A stretch of DNA of 58,480 bases, counting the filler, from Catajapyx aquilonaris (taxonomy: Eukaryota), in the NCBI GenBank assembly GCA_000934665.2. It is 4 parts of 4 records of this genome, joined end to end, with 100 filler letters (N's around TTAATTAATTAA, not from the genome) between each part and the next. Parts side by side here need not be neighbours in the genome. Positions count along the whole stretch, not along the records: positions 1 to 14,521 come from JYFJ02007753.1; positions 14,622 to 29,180 come from JYFJ02007754.1; 2 more parts are not named here. One strand, 5' to 3'. Both the position numbers and the translations under genes were made by a program. Below, one piece after another: positions 1 through 15,052 of the stretch. Every line of letters starts with the position of its first letter. The first letter of the stretch is position 1. The notes beneath the pieces are model-generated. The model made no database searches. It was not told the origin of the DNA and saw only the letters and a program-made list of their open reading frames with translations.

Positions 1-2334
1 GTCTCCATTTAGTGGGGGGCACGAAAGGAAAGAAAGTTTCCCTTGTAAATCCCACCGGCACCCAACTTGAATATAAAAGGCAGGTAGGGTTTTTTTTTTA
101 ACTCCTTCTTCTACTACTTCTCAGTGTTGGTTTTAAACGCGAGCTGCGTTGCATTCGGGGTTGCAAATAAGGCGCCGCGAGGGTTGCAAATCAAAGTGGG
201 GACTCACCTGATTATGCTGCCCCGGATTTTTGTCGTCTGTGTTCTCCGGGTGGGAGAACGTGGGGAATATGAAGCCTTGGCGTTGTACTTTAGAGGAATT
301 CGAGGCACGTAAAACGTCATCCAGCTATTCGGTCGGCCCCCTCGACTTTTGATCCGGGCTTAGACTTGGCGAAATCTTGAGGATTTCGACCCGCTAAATG
401 TTTCCGCCGATTCGATTCTACTAGGGTCCAAAGTTTTTTTTTTCCTCCCCAGGTTACCAGCCTGGCACGACGTGAGAAAATCGCCCCGGAGGAATTAATC
501 AGGAACACTTACCGCCGGAATAGTTTCCACAGGGGGTGCTAGCATTTCCATAACTCTGTTCCGGGGCGACGATCATCACCAAAATAAAGGCGTCGCCAAA
601 GAAGGGGGTAATTCCATTACAATCTCGGAGAAGAACGGAAGAAGCCGAAGGGTGGAGGAGGAAAAGAGGCTACATTGAATTTAGCATTTGATGAGTTTAG
701 CTCCAGGCAGCATGTGCATAAAGTAATATTCTCAGAAATGTTTCTTAGAGAGCTAGGATTTTGCCCCAGAATGCAGATGGCGACGAGGGGGAAAAAACAT
801 GGGCGAGCTACTTTGCAACGTACAAATCAAGATAATTGGCCTGAGTCAGTCCCAATGGCAGAAGGGCATGTGTCTTATACAGTATGACACTAAAAATGAA
901 GGGGATGGATAATATTCACCCACAACGCAGCTCGATTACGCGTCCAAACTGTGTATGCAAAAGCTCGAAAAGCAGACGCTAAATATGATCAATTTTGTGA
1001 CGCTCACACCATGTTTTGTTGAGCGGCAGGGATACATTGCACTATCGTCAAATAAATGTGACGAATATAACGCTGGGTGGCAAAACTGTCAAAAGCAGGT
1101 TTTGTCGGCCCTAATTTACATGAACGAATGAGTTGCTCTCCATTGAAGCGCACCATATACACAACCAAATGATACCCCCCAACAATATTGTTGCATTGTC
1201 ATGCAACAAGACTATCCGTAAGTAGTTGGGCCGCCAAGCATGACTGATCGAGTACACTCTGGTCGGTAGGCAAGGCATGACAATTCCCTCCACTTCGGCA
1301 GGATAAACCTGTCTAACTCAGTGAAGCATCCGGAAACACAAACCACCAACGTGAGATTAGTCGGAGCAAGGCACATTAGGAGCTCGTGTGAACTCGGGGA
1401 TCGGCGGGTGTAGGGTGCAGCCAATATGCGTGGGCCATTCCCTCCCTGCGCTCACCATCTGCGGAACAAACCGCCAAGTAATGTGATTAATACTCCTGCC
1501 CTGTTATATCCAGCGTGCATAGAGGGAAAGGGACGACGGCATCGAATTACATGCCCATCGCCTCCGAGCCCGACCCAATCTGTTTACTGGCTTTACCAGG
1601 TGTGGGTGAGCTGGTCCGGACACAGCATACACTACAGCCATCCTAGTTTACCTACCTTCCACGTGCCGAACAACCAACACGACAATCATAGACTCAACTA
1701 TAGGGCTTAGTGCCTGGGAATCGAGGCACAGATTTTCAGTCTTTTTTGCGTGGAGGTTCGATATTCACGTTCTTTTTTGAAGACAGGGCATTCATTATGT
1801 GGGGAATAGTCATAATCGGCTTTGAGAGGAGGTATGAGCATTGAGCAAGTTACCAATACGGGAAATTGCGCGTATTTTCGTTTTCTGTGATGAAAACTGG
1901 TACACAAGTCGAACAGATGCGGAAATGTATATGATCTGATCACGATGAAAGAGAAAAATGAAATGACGGGTTCTCCTTCCCCTCTGCCTCTTATAGGAAT
2001 GGGTAAAATGAGCAAATATTGCCTTCCAGAACCTGGGAGAGTTTGTTCAGTCACTCGATCCAGTTGCTCGGGGAAGCCCAAGTATTCGTTATGACTTGCA
2101 AGTTCATTCATTTAATTATGTCTGCGGAAATAATCTTGCAGGACACATGATAACCATTCTTGGCATAGAACAATAATTAGTAAGCCATGAAGATTTCACG
2201 TTCATAATGATTAATGCCCTTTTTGAGAAGCACGGCCGCAATGAGCTTTTGTATAATTATACTCAATACTGTTATTCTCAATTGAATGAATAGCGGATGT
2301 ATGGGAAATGTTCTGAAAATGTAATAACGATATT

Positions 2335-2677
2335 GAGTATTAGTGCACCGCCCATCTTGGGCATCTGGCACGGTACCTTTATTTGCTTTGATATTACAAG
2401 CTTGTACACGTTGGTCCTTTTCCGTAACGCCCGGGTACTGCGAGCAAAGGGGGGATGAGCGGAGGGGATATGCAAGGTGCACTGCATTGTCGTTGCTAAT
2501 GGCGCTTTGTGAACTCCCCCGGGTGGTTAGTCTCAAGGAACCCACCCGAGACGAAGCCATATAGATGACCCCGAACTCTGCACGAGATGTATGAGGAGAA
2601 TGCCAGGGCTTGGGATCGAACCCGGAATCCTTATATCAGTGGGCGCATACGTTACCGCAGCGCCACTCCGTCTCCCC
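2335..2677 (-). mobile_element. tRNA-derived SINE, head A + tail T1 (diverged copy)
   Basis: Box A TGGCGCTGCGG and box B GGTTCGATCCC on the minus strand; homologous to 16159-16501 and 22965-23305. Confidence 0.85.
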
Positions 2678-5600
2678 TCCTGAAAATGTATAGCAACACA
2701 AAAACGAGGAGCGGATGTCGTTATAGGAGATTACCGATATTATTTATAGAAACATGCTCCGCCTCTGCGTAGCATATCCTATTGTACAACGTATATAGAA
2801 TATTTCTGTAGGCGGTTTCCGCTCCAATTCCTGTTTGGCACTATTATGTATTCACTTGAATGTTGTTCAGAAACCTATCTGCACACCTACCTACCTACCG
2901 ACCCACACACCTGACTACCTACCCACACGCCTGCCTGCTTACGTACACACGTGAATAATGAGTTAGTGAGGACTTCAGGCTAGAAACACAGTCATTAATA
3001 TGTGTGCTTTACACACTAAATGTACATCAGTATCAAGCGGGATGATGAATAGAGCATTTTGTAAAGGTTATGTGCCCTATCTCTCTTTCAAAGAGGAATA
3101 ATGAGGACTACTCTTTACATTTTGAAGTAGAACTTCACATCTATAGTGTGTACATATTAGTACGGTACAGTACATGATGAAAACATTGCTGTTTAAAAAA
3201 GCTTTATAAAATTGCGTATATATACGTGCATAACAACCACTTTTAAAGAATTGACTATATACGGTATTCTTCAAGCATGTTGAAAATACGTAAACTTGAT
3301 AGGTATAAACCGTAACATTATCTTGAACTGCGTTTTACAATATTGCAAGATCTGGTCACAACCATTCAAAGCTGGGATAGGCTGAGCTGTGCATAACTGC
3401 GTTCGAAGTACATTAATTAAGCATAGTTCGATTTTACATGCCCTGATTTACTTTTGTCTTGTATTCAGATTGTACAAAAAAAAACTGAATCGTGACTGAC
3501 AGCTCAAAATGTGGAGCTCAACGCTATTAAATTATTTAAAAAACCGCTCCTATTCCATTGTGAATGACAAAAAAAATTTACATGCAAACTCATATTTTTG
3601 GGTCTTTTCTTAGACTATACGTTAGTTAGGATAAGCTTCACTCAGAAAATACTTACCAGGCATAAAGGTACACGGTCTTTAAGAGGGTAATTTAAACATT
3701 GTCCAGTGGTCCGTGAAATGTACCAGTTACGAGTGGAGTTGAATTACAATAGGACCTAATTGTTTCAGCGCAGTGCGACGTGCAAATCATGTCGTTATAT
3801 GCCGTAATTGGCACAGCCGGCAGACCTGGAATTGAGAAAGCTGGTCCACAAAATTATTTACGCAGGGATCATTGGAGACTTTCCTTTTCCAAACTGTGCA
3901 CTATATGAGCTGCAAAATTTAGGTTCTAATCCCTAGACATGTGATGTCCCCCCCCCCCAAACTTCGGTCACTTTTTGATGGATTTTTTTTTGTTTTCTAT
4001 CTCCAAAGGGACACATGCATTGCCTGTGCCATTAGAGCTGGGAAATATATCGCGATATGTGGTCAGGCTTGTTAGGTGTGCATCACCTACTCAGTGCACG
4101 TAGTAGAAGCTTTATAGATATTATCTCGACCCTGCGATGCCGAGAGTGACCCCATTTTCCAATCGCCTCTTCAATTTGAAACATTTAAAACCCGCGCATT
4201 AAGGTTTATCGGGCTATCATTTGGTCAGCCTGCGTGCAGGACGGGAATTAGCCCACAAAATGAACCTCCAGAGATCCAAAGTTTAAGCAAACGTCGATGC
4301 CTATGGCCCGGGAATAAATGCCCCGAACTCACGTCATCTCTGTCACGATACGACAAAGTGTACTTTGAACCGATTTGGTGTATTGATGCCGATTTAAGTG
4401 AATTGTTCATTGAAGTTATGCCTAGGGTGAACAAAGGTGAAATACTTGTATGCAATTTTCTTTGAAAAATGCTACATTTATTAACATATCTATGATGGAC
4501 TGCAAGATGGACTGCTAACTCCTTCCTGATTCTAGGAATTATATAGTTGAAGTTGGAGTCCATGGAAACGTTCAGTAATAATTGAATGACGTTACCGCAA
4601 ATGCGTTACCTCAATTCATAGACACGCACAACAGCATTAACAACTTATAGAGAAAAGCTTGATAATTTATTTAACAAAGTCTCAGCACATGGCTAGCTCG
4701 AAGCATATATCTCATCATTTTACAACAAGAGCCTCAACTAGTTTTAACACAGAATAAATCATTCAGTCAGCAAAAACATTGCAGTACCTCAACTTTGTGC
4801 TTGCATCCCGCAGTTGACTGTAAGTGTGCTGTAAATAAAGCAAAATCCTCATCATGTTGTAAGTAGTAAAGTAATTAATAAAACCATTTGGGTATTCTAT
4901 TATGCGATTTCGTGACATAATTAGGCGTAATTGGCTTGACCATATGCAAACTACACCCGTGTCCGACCCTATCCAACTACATTTTCCCCCCAAAAATTCG
5001 ATTTGGTTCTGTACATCTGACGGACCCTGGAGACAGAGACCGGTATTTTGAGCCTGGGTAGAGACCTACTGGCCCTAAATTATTAATACCCAAGTTGAGG
5101 GAGATCCCTTTTTCCGCTTATTAATTCATCGGGCTGTAACTCGGACCCTCTTTCTTGCCGCTTATTATTTATCAGTCGACCTTATCCTTCCTCCCCACTT
5201 TCTAGCTTCCCTCCTCCCCATCCTCGAATCTGATCAATGGTTAAGACACCGGGAACTCCCTCCCCTCCCTACTCTGGATTTAATTTGAAGATTGAAGAGG
5301 CTAAGTACCTACCTACCTGACATGTGGTAGCATCGATTTTCTGCTCGGATTTCAAGGCAGGCCATCCGTTTCAGCGCACGTGGAGTATGCACACAAACTC
5401 AGAACCTGGTTCTAGTGGATTTTGTAATTAAAGGCCTGGTGGCGGTTTTCGGGGTGAGTTGGGAACGACTTTTTCTTTCCTAGTGACTGTGTCAAAGGAC
5501 TTATTTACTCCACTGTATTGCTAGCATCTCCCGGGGTGGAAAAGGAACATAGTCTCCATTAGGATGATTGCCGCTCTTTCCGGTCTAGGGGAAAAACAGG

Positions 5601-5759
5601 GATCGAATCCTTTTGTTCCCTGCTGTTTCTCTTGCTGACCTCACTGTCGGTGACTGGGTCCGAAGAGACCGCCATTCAGGGATTTTCCGGCGCCGACGCC
5701 TCTTAGGCGTCCCTATAGAGAAGGGGGACAGGGGAATAGGAGGATGGTTGGAGAACACC

Positions 5760-6250
5760 GGGGGAAATAATGTGCGTGTCAATTAGTAGGGCTATTAGCT
5801 GCTTTAGAGGGGTCAGCTAAAGTGGGCAGAGGACAATAAGGATTGTTAATCCTCTTGTAATATGTAAGGAGATTGTGCACGAGTTAAATATTTAGGGGGT
5901 CATTATGACGGGCTGGTGGATCCGGGGTTCGGTAATGGAGTTAGACTTGAATCATGCTGAAGAAGGGTGATTAGGACCATTGAGCTGTTTTAACATATGA
6001 AGGGCTCAAGTGGTCATATGTGTTTAAGTATTGATAGGATCTCTTTTCTGGGTTGAGTGACGGCATGTGAGCAGAATGATGCTTATCGTAAGCCCCAGCC
6101 AGGTTATAAATAAGGAAAGACTGAGGGGGAATTTTTAGGCTTCTGAGAAGGATGTGGCACTGAAGGAAAATTTTGTGGCATTTATTACTGGTACTAAACT
6201 TTTTATGTGAAGCTTGCATATACTAGTGCTCCACAACATTTCAAAAAATA
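5760..6250 (-). mobile_element. Degraded L2/CR1-like LINE ORF2 3' fragment
   Basis: Minus-strand peptide LNTYDHLSPSYVK resembles the YDHISP motif downstream of L2/CR1 RT; stops and frameshifts present. Confidence 0.4.
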
Positions 6251-7923
6251 GCGAGGTTTAGACACTCACTCATTTCACCTTATAGACAGAAACAGAAGAA
6301 ATGCATCAGTCACTCTTGCACAAAGGACTAATGTATGAATTTAGGTTCCGCCAACGCGCCTCTATTCTTTTTATTTATTTCTCAGGAACTTGGAGATGTG
6401 AAATTGGATCTTATATTTGTATAAATGAAATGGAGCAATCTTTCTTCAAATCAACCTGTCATTCCTCATGTGGGCGTCCCTTTCCAGTCAACCATCTGTC
6501 TTGCTGCCAATATTCCCACTGACGGCCCCTCTCTCGGCACACAAAGGAATGAGAAGGACCAACAACTTCTGTCACAAGTAAATTTCAGAATTTTTCACTC
6601 ACCCCACTTGGTCAATGGCCGGCTCTTTTTTGTCATCAGTTTCGGTAAATACGCAGAAAATTAATTTTCGTATTGAATTATGTAGCCTAAACCATCAATT
6701 ATCACAATTACATAATTATGTGAATTCAGACTATGATGCTGGATCGTTCAAGTGGATGTTTGTTTTTAAAATTTTGATTTTTATTCATGTTTAGAGTGGG
6801 CAATATTATGGTCGAAATATTGTTACAAGAGTAAGGTAAATACCCTGCTATATATTTTTGAATACTTACAACAAGTGGACAACTTTTCCGGGCTTTCCAA
6901 GATTCATACTCCATCTTTATACGCAAGACTCTCCTGAACGTCGACCGACAAGAGGACTATACGTTTTCATTTTGAGGGCCATTAAATCACATTCTGCAGA
7001 CAGGCCGGCATATGAGACCCTATTCCATTGCAACCAGATCTTTCCATTCCTTCTTGTGAGGCTTTTTCCGGAGAGAAATGATCTCAGTTTTGCGCTGATT
7101 TCATCACCGTGGCAACCCCGCTCTATATCGAAGCCAAGGGAAATCGGGTTGTCGGTGGACAAAAGGGGATCTACCATGTAAGTATGGCTCACCATGAGTC
7201 ACCATTGCTTTGACTCATGGTTTTATGACCGTTCTTTCCGGTCCCCAGCAGTCCTCCCCTGCAGTATACAAAACCCCCTCTTGCATTTTTGCTACATTAA
7301 AAACAGAAGGGCTGTGCATTAGACATGAAGAGATTAACTCCAGTTATTAAAAAATAATAACGCAGCATGTGCAGTGGTTGTGTCCTTGGCCACAGTGTAT
7401 TCAAAAAGGGACCTGCTAACTATATTATTGGACCACAGAAACACGCGCCATGCGATTTCAGCAGGGCAAAAAAAAATACGCAAACTTACGTAATGCGATT
7501 GTCAATATTTTAGTGGGCGCACAAAAGGTCACAAATTTAATTTTGCGGTCTGGATCACTAATCGGTTATCTAGCTGCCATAATACGGCAGAGAAGGTTTA
7601 ATTGATTAAAAAAGCAGGAGCCTGGCGGATCATTTTATGCCGCACTGTATACGTATTTGCATGTTGTGCTGATAAATTGGTGGCTATAAAGAGAATCGGC
7701 TATAAAAATGAGTGCTTGCTGAGTGGACATTGTTGTCGCTGAAAAGGGCCATGCACTCTAATCCAAAATTTTGGTCTCATTTGCGGCCCTCGGCTGAAAT
7801 GTCAAAGGTTATTGCACCGACAAATCCCATCCCCTTAAAAAAGCCCAAACTACTCGGTAGTTCAGTTGCATTCCTATAAGTAGAATAGCATATTGAAGCC
7901 CAATTTCCAATATATAGGCAATA

Positions 7924-8017
7924 TTGGGTGAAATTTTCGTCCCACTGCTAGTTACTTCTAACTTAGCAGTACTACTAAGTTAGTAGTAAGTAGCAGTGGG
8001 ACGAAAATTCCATCCAA
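7924..8017. mobile_element. ~94-bp palindromic mini-element
   Basis: TTGGGTGAAATTTTCGTCCCACTGCTA...TAGCAGTGGGACGAAAATTCCATCCAA; related copy at 23501-23602. Confidence 0.75.
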
Positions 8018-11000
8018 GGTTTATACAGTAGGACACTCCAAGCCTGCTGTGACGTCCCTCACATTATAAATTAATATTTTAAAACTGTGACATATTTGCG
8101 ATGTCGTCCGGCACCATAGTGACAAAACCGCAAAGAATTCGCCTTTTTATTATTAGTTGAGCGGCCCTGTTTGAAGGATTAATTTCAGCAAAGTCCTTAA
8201 TTAATGTCATTTTCAATTTGACCAAAAAAGACGATATTCCAGCTGACTTTCCGGGGTATTCCGGAAGTTCGACAAACAGAGGGTAACAAAAGGCGTTCTA
8301 AGAAATCTGGTTTTCGTTGTTTTTTTTCTTTCTTTCTTTCTTGGCAACAAAATGAAGTCTGCTCGAGTCTACCGGATCTGTGGAACGCTGCGGTGTATAA
8401 AGCGAATGGCTGGAAGCATGCTGAAAATTGGATGACTGGGAACAAAGCACAATGCCGGAGGACACACGATGGACCCCAGCCACCACACCCTCCCTTGTTT
8501 TCCATGCACACCCCGCAGGAATGACAATCTCAGCGGCGTTACATAGGCATTTTTTCCCTCCCGACAAGGAAGAAAAAAAAACATCATAAAACAATAGGGT
8601 GAAGTTTTGTTGAGTTTCGCGCAGGTACAGTATCGAGCGAGGAGGTCGCCTCCGGTAAAGGAGTAGAGAGAGAGAGAGTTAAAAAAAAGAAGTCCAAATG
8701 TCAAAAAGGTTCATTTGTCTGTCTTGCTGGGCTTTTGATGTTGGATTCCATCAAGTTGCTGCTTCAGCGCCAGGTTTTCTCTCTCGACCCGACAGCCTTG
8801 CCTTACTTCTTGATGAGATGGCTGGAGGGCAAGTGGAGGAGGAGGGGGCTAGGAGTGGGTGTTTTTTAAACTTATCGGCACGTCATTTAGTTGCATCCGA
8901 GTTGAAGAAAAGAGACTGCCATAGCGTAATTACACGATTTTTTTAATATAAAAAAAGGAGTTGCCACCTCCTCGGGTTCTGGTAAGGAATTTTTGCAGTT
9001 TTGTTGCTTTCATCGTGTAATTTCCGGCAGCGGCGAATCGCATTTGCATCAGGATTAAATTAGGCGGTTTCTGTGGGTTGTGCCACATTTTGATGATAGT
9101 TTTCGTGGAAACCGACGGTGGTTTTTGTCGTGCTTACAGCCACGTAACATTCTGCTGGTACAAAAAAAAATCCATTCATACGGTTCAGTCACATTCACAG
9201 CGTTTGCAGTCGGTCGCACGTACGATTTATCAGCAAACCGTATTGCCGAACATTAATAAAAATTTACACTGTTGACAAAACACTTGACGGCCATCATCAG
9301 CTCGACCGTTTTCCCGGCCGGTGCACATCATTAATCACTCATTTAATAGGCTTACGGCTATGAAATCGAAGCGGGTCATGCTGCCAGGATGAAATATCCG
9401 TCACGTCTCTAACCAGTTATGATCGGTATTGGCTATCCTTTAGCTTACAGGATTGTAAACTGACAGGCCAGACCTGATTGGAAGCCACCCCCTTTTCCCT
9501 CCACCTTCTTATTGACTAATTTGGATGGTGGTGGCAGTGCTTGTGGTGGCAAATGGAGCCAGGCGTTGCTCATCGATTTCTGCCTCTAGAGCCAATCAAC
9601 ACTGCACTTGAGACGATCGACGAATAATAACTATCATTTGACCCTCTTTTATCTACAAAGCAAATAGATTTTTTGAACCTTCCCGTCCCTTTTCCGGGCT
9701 CTTGCACGAAGTATACATCAACTTACCCCCACCCCCCTGCTCAATTCCATTTATAATCTAAACGGTTAGTCCCAGGGATGGAGAGATAATTAGTTGCAAC
9801 GAGGAAGACATATTGATCTCCGTTGTTTTGAGGGGAGGAGGGGGGGGGGGTTGCTGCGTGTGGCAGCCTCACGTCCACTAATGCTTGGGACAAGAGACCT
9901 GCGCACTTCCAATATAATCATCCCGAGCGAGAGTTGTGTATATGGCCAGTATTAGTCCGCGAAAAGCTATCATCCGCATTGCAGATTCCCATCCGTTATC
10001 TCTGGCTTTTTATTTGCGCTATATTTCTAGAGGGAGTTTTTTGGTCTGGAGGTGTATACGGTATTAGCGGGCAAGAGGCTATGAAAAGTGTAATGAAATG
10101 ATAAAAATGGCCCTCACTTTTTTGCCTAGAGGGAGGTATAGAGCCCACGCATTGGCTCGTTTCGCGAGAACAAAGTTGCGAGCCGTAGTAATAACTAGTT
10201 ATATACTGTAGAGTAAAAACTTTCGGCAGAAGTTATTATCGATCTGACTAAAGTTTGAATTTTTGTGTAACACCTTGGTAGTAATTATTTAATGCTATCT
10301 TTACACTGTACCATGAATGAGGTATACAGTGCATGCGATCAAAAAATGTTGGATGCAGTCCAAGTTGCACTATATATCCCTGAACTGTGCATTGTACTAT
10401 CCACTTTCACATGCTAGCATACAGATATAGCCTAGCTACATTGGGGCATATGTGACCACAATCCTGTAGGAACGTGACATTCTTGGCTCGCAATATTTTT
10501 AAAATCGTGTTGCAAAGGGTAAACTTTTTATCGTGTTATGCTGTGTGAGCAAAAACAGAACACCCTGAAAGCAGGGAGAATATTCCAAAATAAATATTTG
10601 TAAAAACATTATTATGACAGTAATCCAGTTAATTAACCAGTTAATTAGCTTAATTTGCGTATAAGGTGTGAACTGTATTCATTACACCCTGCAATACATC
10701 AACACTGTCATGAAATAATCCAGTAGGTTAATCAAGTAGCTGGTAGCTAATAAGGTTCACAACATGTACCGGTACTGTAAGTACAGTACTAGACTACAAG
10801 TACGCCGTACTGTAGTTACACGGTATCCAAGTCCGACTGAGCCGCCATCTCCTTTTTGCGGAAGGCCATAGCTACTCTAACACTCTGGGCCAACAAAAAC
10901 AAATTAATTTACGACCCGTGCCAGTATACGGTAGGCTACATCAAGTACAAGCTCATAAGGCTCCAAGCCTTGGTGTTCACTATATCAAGCCCTAACGCCA

Positions 11001-12689
11001 CCCTCCCTTTGCTCCCACTCTTCCCTACTCCCACTCTCCTTCTCCCACCCTCTCCTAGAACACACGCACTCCTTGTCCCTGGTCTTTGCCTAAGCATTCA
11101 AAAGGCCATTCCCACTTGTCACTTTGATTTTCTTGCGTGTCGAAAGACATTGGAGAAGCCAATCACATCTGGGTCGCAGGATGTGTGTTATACTGCAATA
11201 TTCCATCTTGTCATGTGAGGAGTGAATAGGATATGGCAGGCTTGGGCTAGCTACAGTGTAAATATTCAAGGAAGCATACAAAGACAAACAGGTGAGAGTC
11301 TCCGAGGCATTCTCGGAGTGAGCCTCGTTTCTCTGGAATTCTCCTTGCCATCTCGTTAAGGGTTTATTATGCCGAAGGGGAGAAAATCAATTTGGTGGCC
11401 TCCAAGCCAAGAGACACCAAAGAATGTGAACAAGTGACGCTTCACTCCGCCTCATGTCATGGCTTGGAGTATACAATGTAACAGTCTGACTCCATTAATA
11501 ATTTTTTATGTATGTAAAATGCGAGGGGCTGTCGCACAGAAGTCATGGATTTATTCCCTTTAAACCTTGAAAGGACAGATGAAATTTACTGTAGCACTTT
11601 GTAGTTACGAGAATTTGATTCTAGTAGTAAATTCGAGGTTACAGTTAGAGTACAGTATCATCCCTGCGGCTGGAAAATAATTAACCTGATATCTCCTCAC
11701 AAGACTGGCTGGCCTAAGTGAAGCTAACAACTAGCTGACAAATGGGGGTGACAAGGCCATATACACTGCCTGACTGTGCCGGGTATAGACTACCGTGAAA
11801 TTATACTCGAACCGATATCTTGTGGCAGTCCACACCCACCGTCTTATCTTAATTTTATCACATATCCTGACCGAAAAGTGATAAATGGCGAAAAGACGCG
11901 GTGTTGTCATGCTCCACAAGGTACTGTACCTGAAAAATTACTACACACTTGACAAGACAACTGCGGATTTTGTCGAAGGCCTTATTCCTTTGTTATCGAG
12001 TTTTGGGAGGAGTATCAGATTATGTCAATTTCTCCACAAGTAATAACTAGGCCCTTCTCTGGCTGGAGCTCAATGAAAACTCGGTGTGTGTAACACACGT
12101 GGTGCATAAATTATTTTTATTTTGTGTTACAAAAGACAGACAGTATAAATTAAATAGGCCTACACATTCCGAATTTTCAGTGAGATTCGGCAGGAGTCTT
12201 GCATCAGTTAGTCCAGTGAAAGAGTCTCTCATTCAGGGAAATTCTAATCACTTTCATTAGGTGGGTTTTATCACAGTTCAGTTTTCCTTATGAATGCCCC
12301 TCCCCTTATTCGTGAGCGTTGAAAGCACTCATTCACTTTATTGGCATCGATTGTGGAAGCAGGAGTGATTAATTTCCAGATTTGAGCTGAGCAGATGCTG
12401 AAATTGACTTGGCGGGGATTTTATCCCGCGGCGTTTTTAACCGGATTTTCAGACGGCCAAATGAGAAATCGGGAAAAATCAAAGGGCTCATCTTGGTCCA
12501 ACATAGAACTCAAGCAGGGTATGTAATCATGAAGCAAGGGATATGGAGAGTATATCTCGTAACAAGTAGCGTTCCCCACGTCCTGAATAGTATAGCGTGC
12601 TCGGGTCAGGAACATTCATGATGAAGAATCCTCATAAAATTAACTGTTCTTTTCGTCATGGTTCTGTATGGTTCTTACCCACTTGGCAC

Positions 12690-13060
12690 TTTCGAGCCCA
12701 GCCTCTACAAGCACTGGTTGACGGCATCAAGTACTATGTGATGAAGGGTGTCGGTTAAGTGTTATCACAGCCACCCTGCAGCCCTGATCTAGAACCATGC
12801 GGTTTCAAGGTGTTCGAGAAACTCAAATGACATTTGAAAGGGCGCAGGATTTCCCAGAGCTTATGAGGTGGAGACTGGAGAGTACTATAAGTGGAATTCT
12901 CCATCGCTTACTGCAGCGATTTGATTGCAGGTCAGTTGGTCCAGCGGTGGGACAGGTGTCTCAATGTTGTCGAAGAGTAGCTACCGTTAAATAAACCGTG
13001 TAGTCCAGGTGAGTTTTATTGCTTTCAGTTGGCCGCAAAGTATTCCTGCCAGCTATCACC
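12690..13060 (+). mobile_element. Degraded mariner (DD34D) transposase 3' remnant
   Basis: VLSQPPCSPDLEPCGFKVFEKLK*HLKGRR and QLVQRWDRCLNV match mariner HPPYSPDLAPSDFHLF and LVERWDKCL motifs. Confidence 0.8.
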
Positions 13061-14521
13061 CAGTTGGGCCCAAATTATGGGTGGTCGTGCACTCGTGAAT
13101 TTTTATTGGCGATGCTGTCATTCTCCTATGAACCAAATTTGTACCTTAGGTAGGCAGGACTTGTCCAATATTTATTTTATTTGTTGCAGACTTGTTGGTA
13201 GCATGATATTCGCGTGTGCTTGACTGGTTCGTTTTTATTTGATTCATACTTGTATGTTTATCAGATGTGACTGGTGCCTTATTTGTCATCATGCATTTTA
13301 CGAGAAAGCGCACACCTAATTACAAGAGTATTAACCCCTCGGTTATTGCCTGACCTTGTGGGGTCAAAATGGATGAAAACGGTAGTGTATTTTTTTGAAA
13401 ATTCCAAATTGCCTCTCCATGGCAATGTTGGTATCATTTCCGCATAATTAGAGGTCGATAAGACGATTGGTAACATGCATAAGGTCACTAGTTTGTGACA
13501 TATGGCCGCCATTTTAAAATGACCATACTGTGCTATGTCTAATGGAGTCTTCGATCCGTGATGGAACTCTCGGCCAACAAACAATGCAGGTGGAAAAATA
13601 TGATTCTCATGTTTAAAAAAAAGAATCCAAGTCTAGCTGTCGGGCAGTGCTGACAATGAAGAGGCTCCAGAATAGTTGTAAGTCTGATTTCAGCTGCTTA
13701 GCTTGTGTCTTCAGAACAACTCTCTTCTTCATAGAGAAGACTTTGACATTTTATTTCCTTATTGGCAAATACATCTATAGTCATCTAGATATTATAGAAG
13801 AATCTCCTTCACGAGTCTCTCTTCAACAAATTCGTGAAAATAAACCATGCAGATCATCTCTACCTTGTTCAGAGAAGTGTCAGCACCCTCTTCATCCACT
13901 ACACACAACGCGCGGATAGTTCTGAGCCCCTTACCCTGAAATAATTTTTTTTCGTGAAGTAAACTCTACTCTTAAGGTGGTTGGGTAGTGAATCTTAAGT
14001 CAAATCAGAGCCTGTGAAAAACATTCCAAAAGTTGAACTTAAAATTCGGAACAAGGGCTCCCTACTTACAAGACTACTTATAATGTCGGAAACTGCACTG
14101 ATTTTTAGGTATACACTGCAAAATATATTTTTTTTTGGCGTAGAAAGTGACATGGTTCAGGCAGGTCCGAGCAGGCTTGCCAACCTTGATGAGCCTGTGG
14201 CCGATATGTTTGACATGATCTAAAAAGGCCTTAATATGGCCTTAGCATCCCGAAATGGACACTCAGTTGAACGTACGAACCAAATGCAACAAATATGTCC
14301 GTTATACTTTAACAATATTCGACATTATTAGCGTCCCTTTGCGGCACCTTTTTGTGCGTAGGTTAGTAGTGAGGTCCGGCAACAGCGCAATCCCTTCCAA
14401 AATGGCGGCCCCCATCCGTAGCCGGACCGGTCGTTTTGCAAGGCAAAGTTTCCTTGCAAGAGTATCGAAAGCGGGCAAGGCGAGGTGGGACCCAGGAGCA
14501 GGGCCGGATCTAGAGGGGGGG

Positions 14522-14621
14522 NNNNNNNNNNNNNNNNNNNNNNNNNNNNNNNNNNNNNNNNNNNNTTAATTAATTAANNNNNNNNNNNNNNNNNNNNNNN
14601 NNNNNNNNNNNNNNNNNNNNN
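14522..14621. other. Artificial assembly linker N44-TTAATTAATTAA-N44
   Basis: Exactly 100 bp with a six-frame-stop core; identical to 29181-29280 and 43875-43974. Confidence 0.97.
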
Positions 14622-15052
14622 AGGGGGTCACTTCGCAACTTCAACGCCAGATGGCGGCAGTAGTCACGTGAGGTTGTCACATCGCTACACATCTCCGTCG
14701 CTACTTCCTCCACATCATGCTCCACATCATCGGGAGGTAGTCACGTGATTTGCTGTGTTCACTACCTCCCTACTCACATGATGGGTGAATTAGCAACTTC
14801 CATACCTACTAGCGGTAGTAGTCACGTGAGTCGGTCTGTTAGCAATCTCCACGCCAGTCACCGGAGTTACATACTGGCTCTCAGTATCCCGTTCGCTTCC
14901 TCCAAACTACAGGGCGGGAGTAAATACTCCAGACTGTTTTTTAGTGACAAAGTGAAAAGATTACAAATCACAGCCTGGCACCATTCAACTAACTCCCCAT
15001 GTACTATACATCTGTCATTCCTTCCACTTTATCACTAAAAACCACTTAAAAT

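Noticed and set aside
14566..14577. TTAATTAATTAA repeated at ~14.7-kb intervals
   Set aside because: Synthetic linker inside N runs, not biological periodicity.
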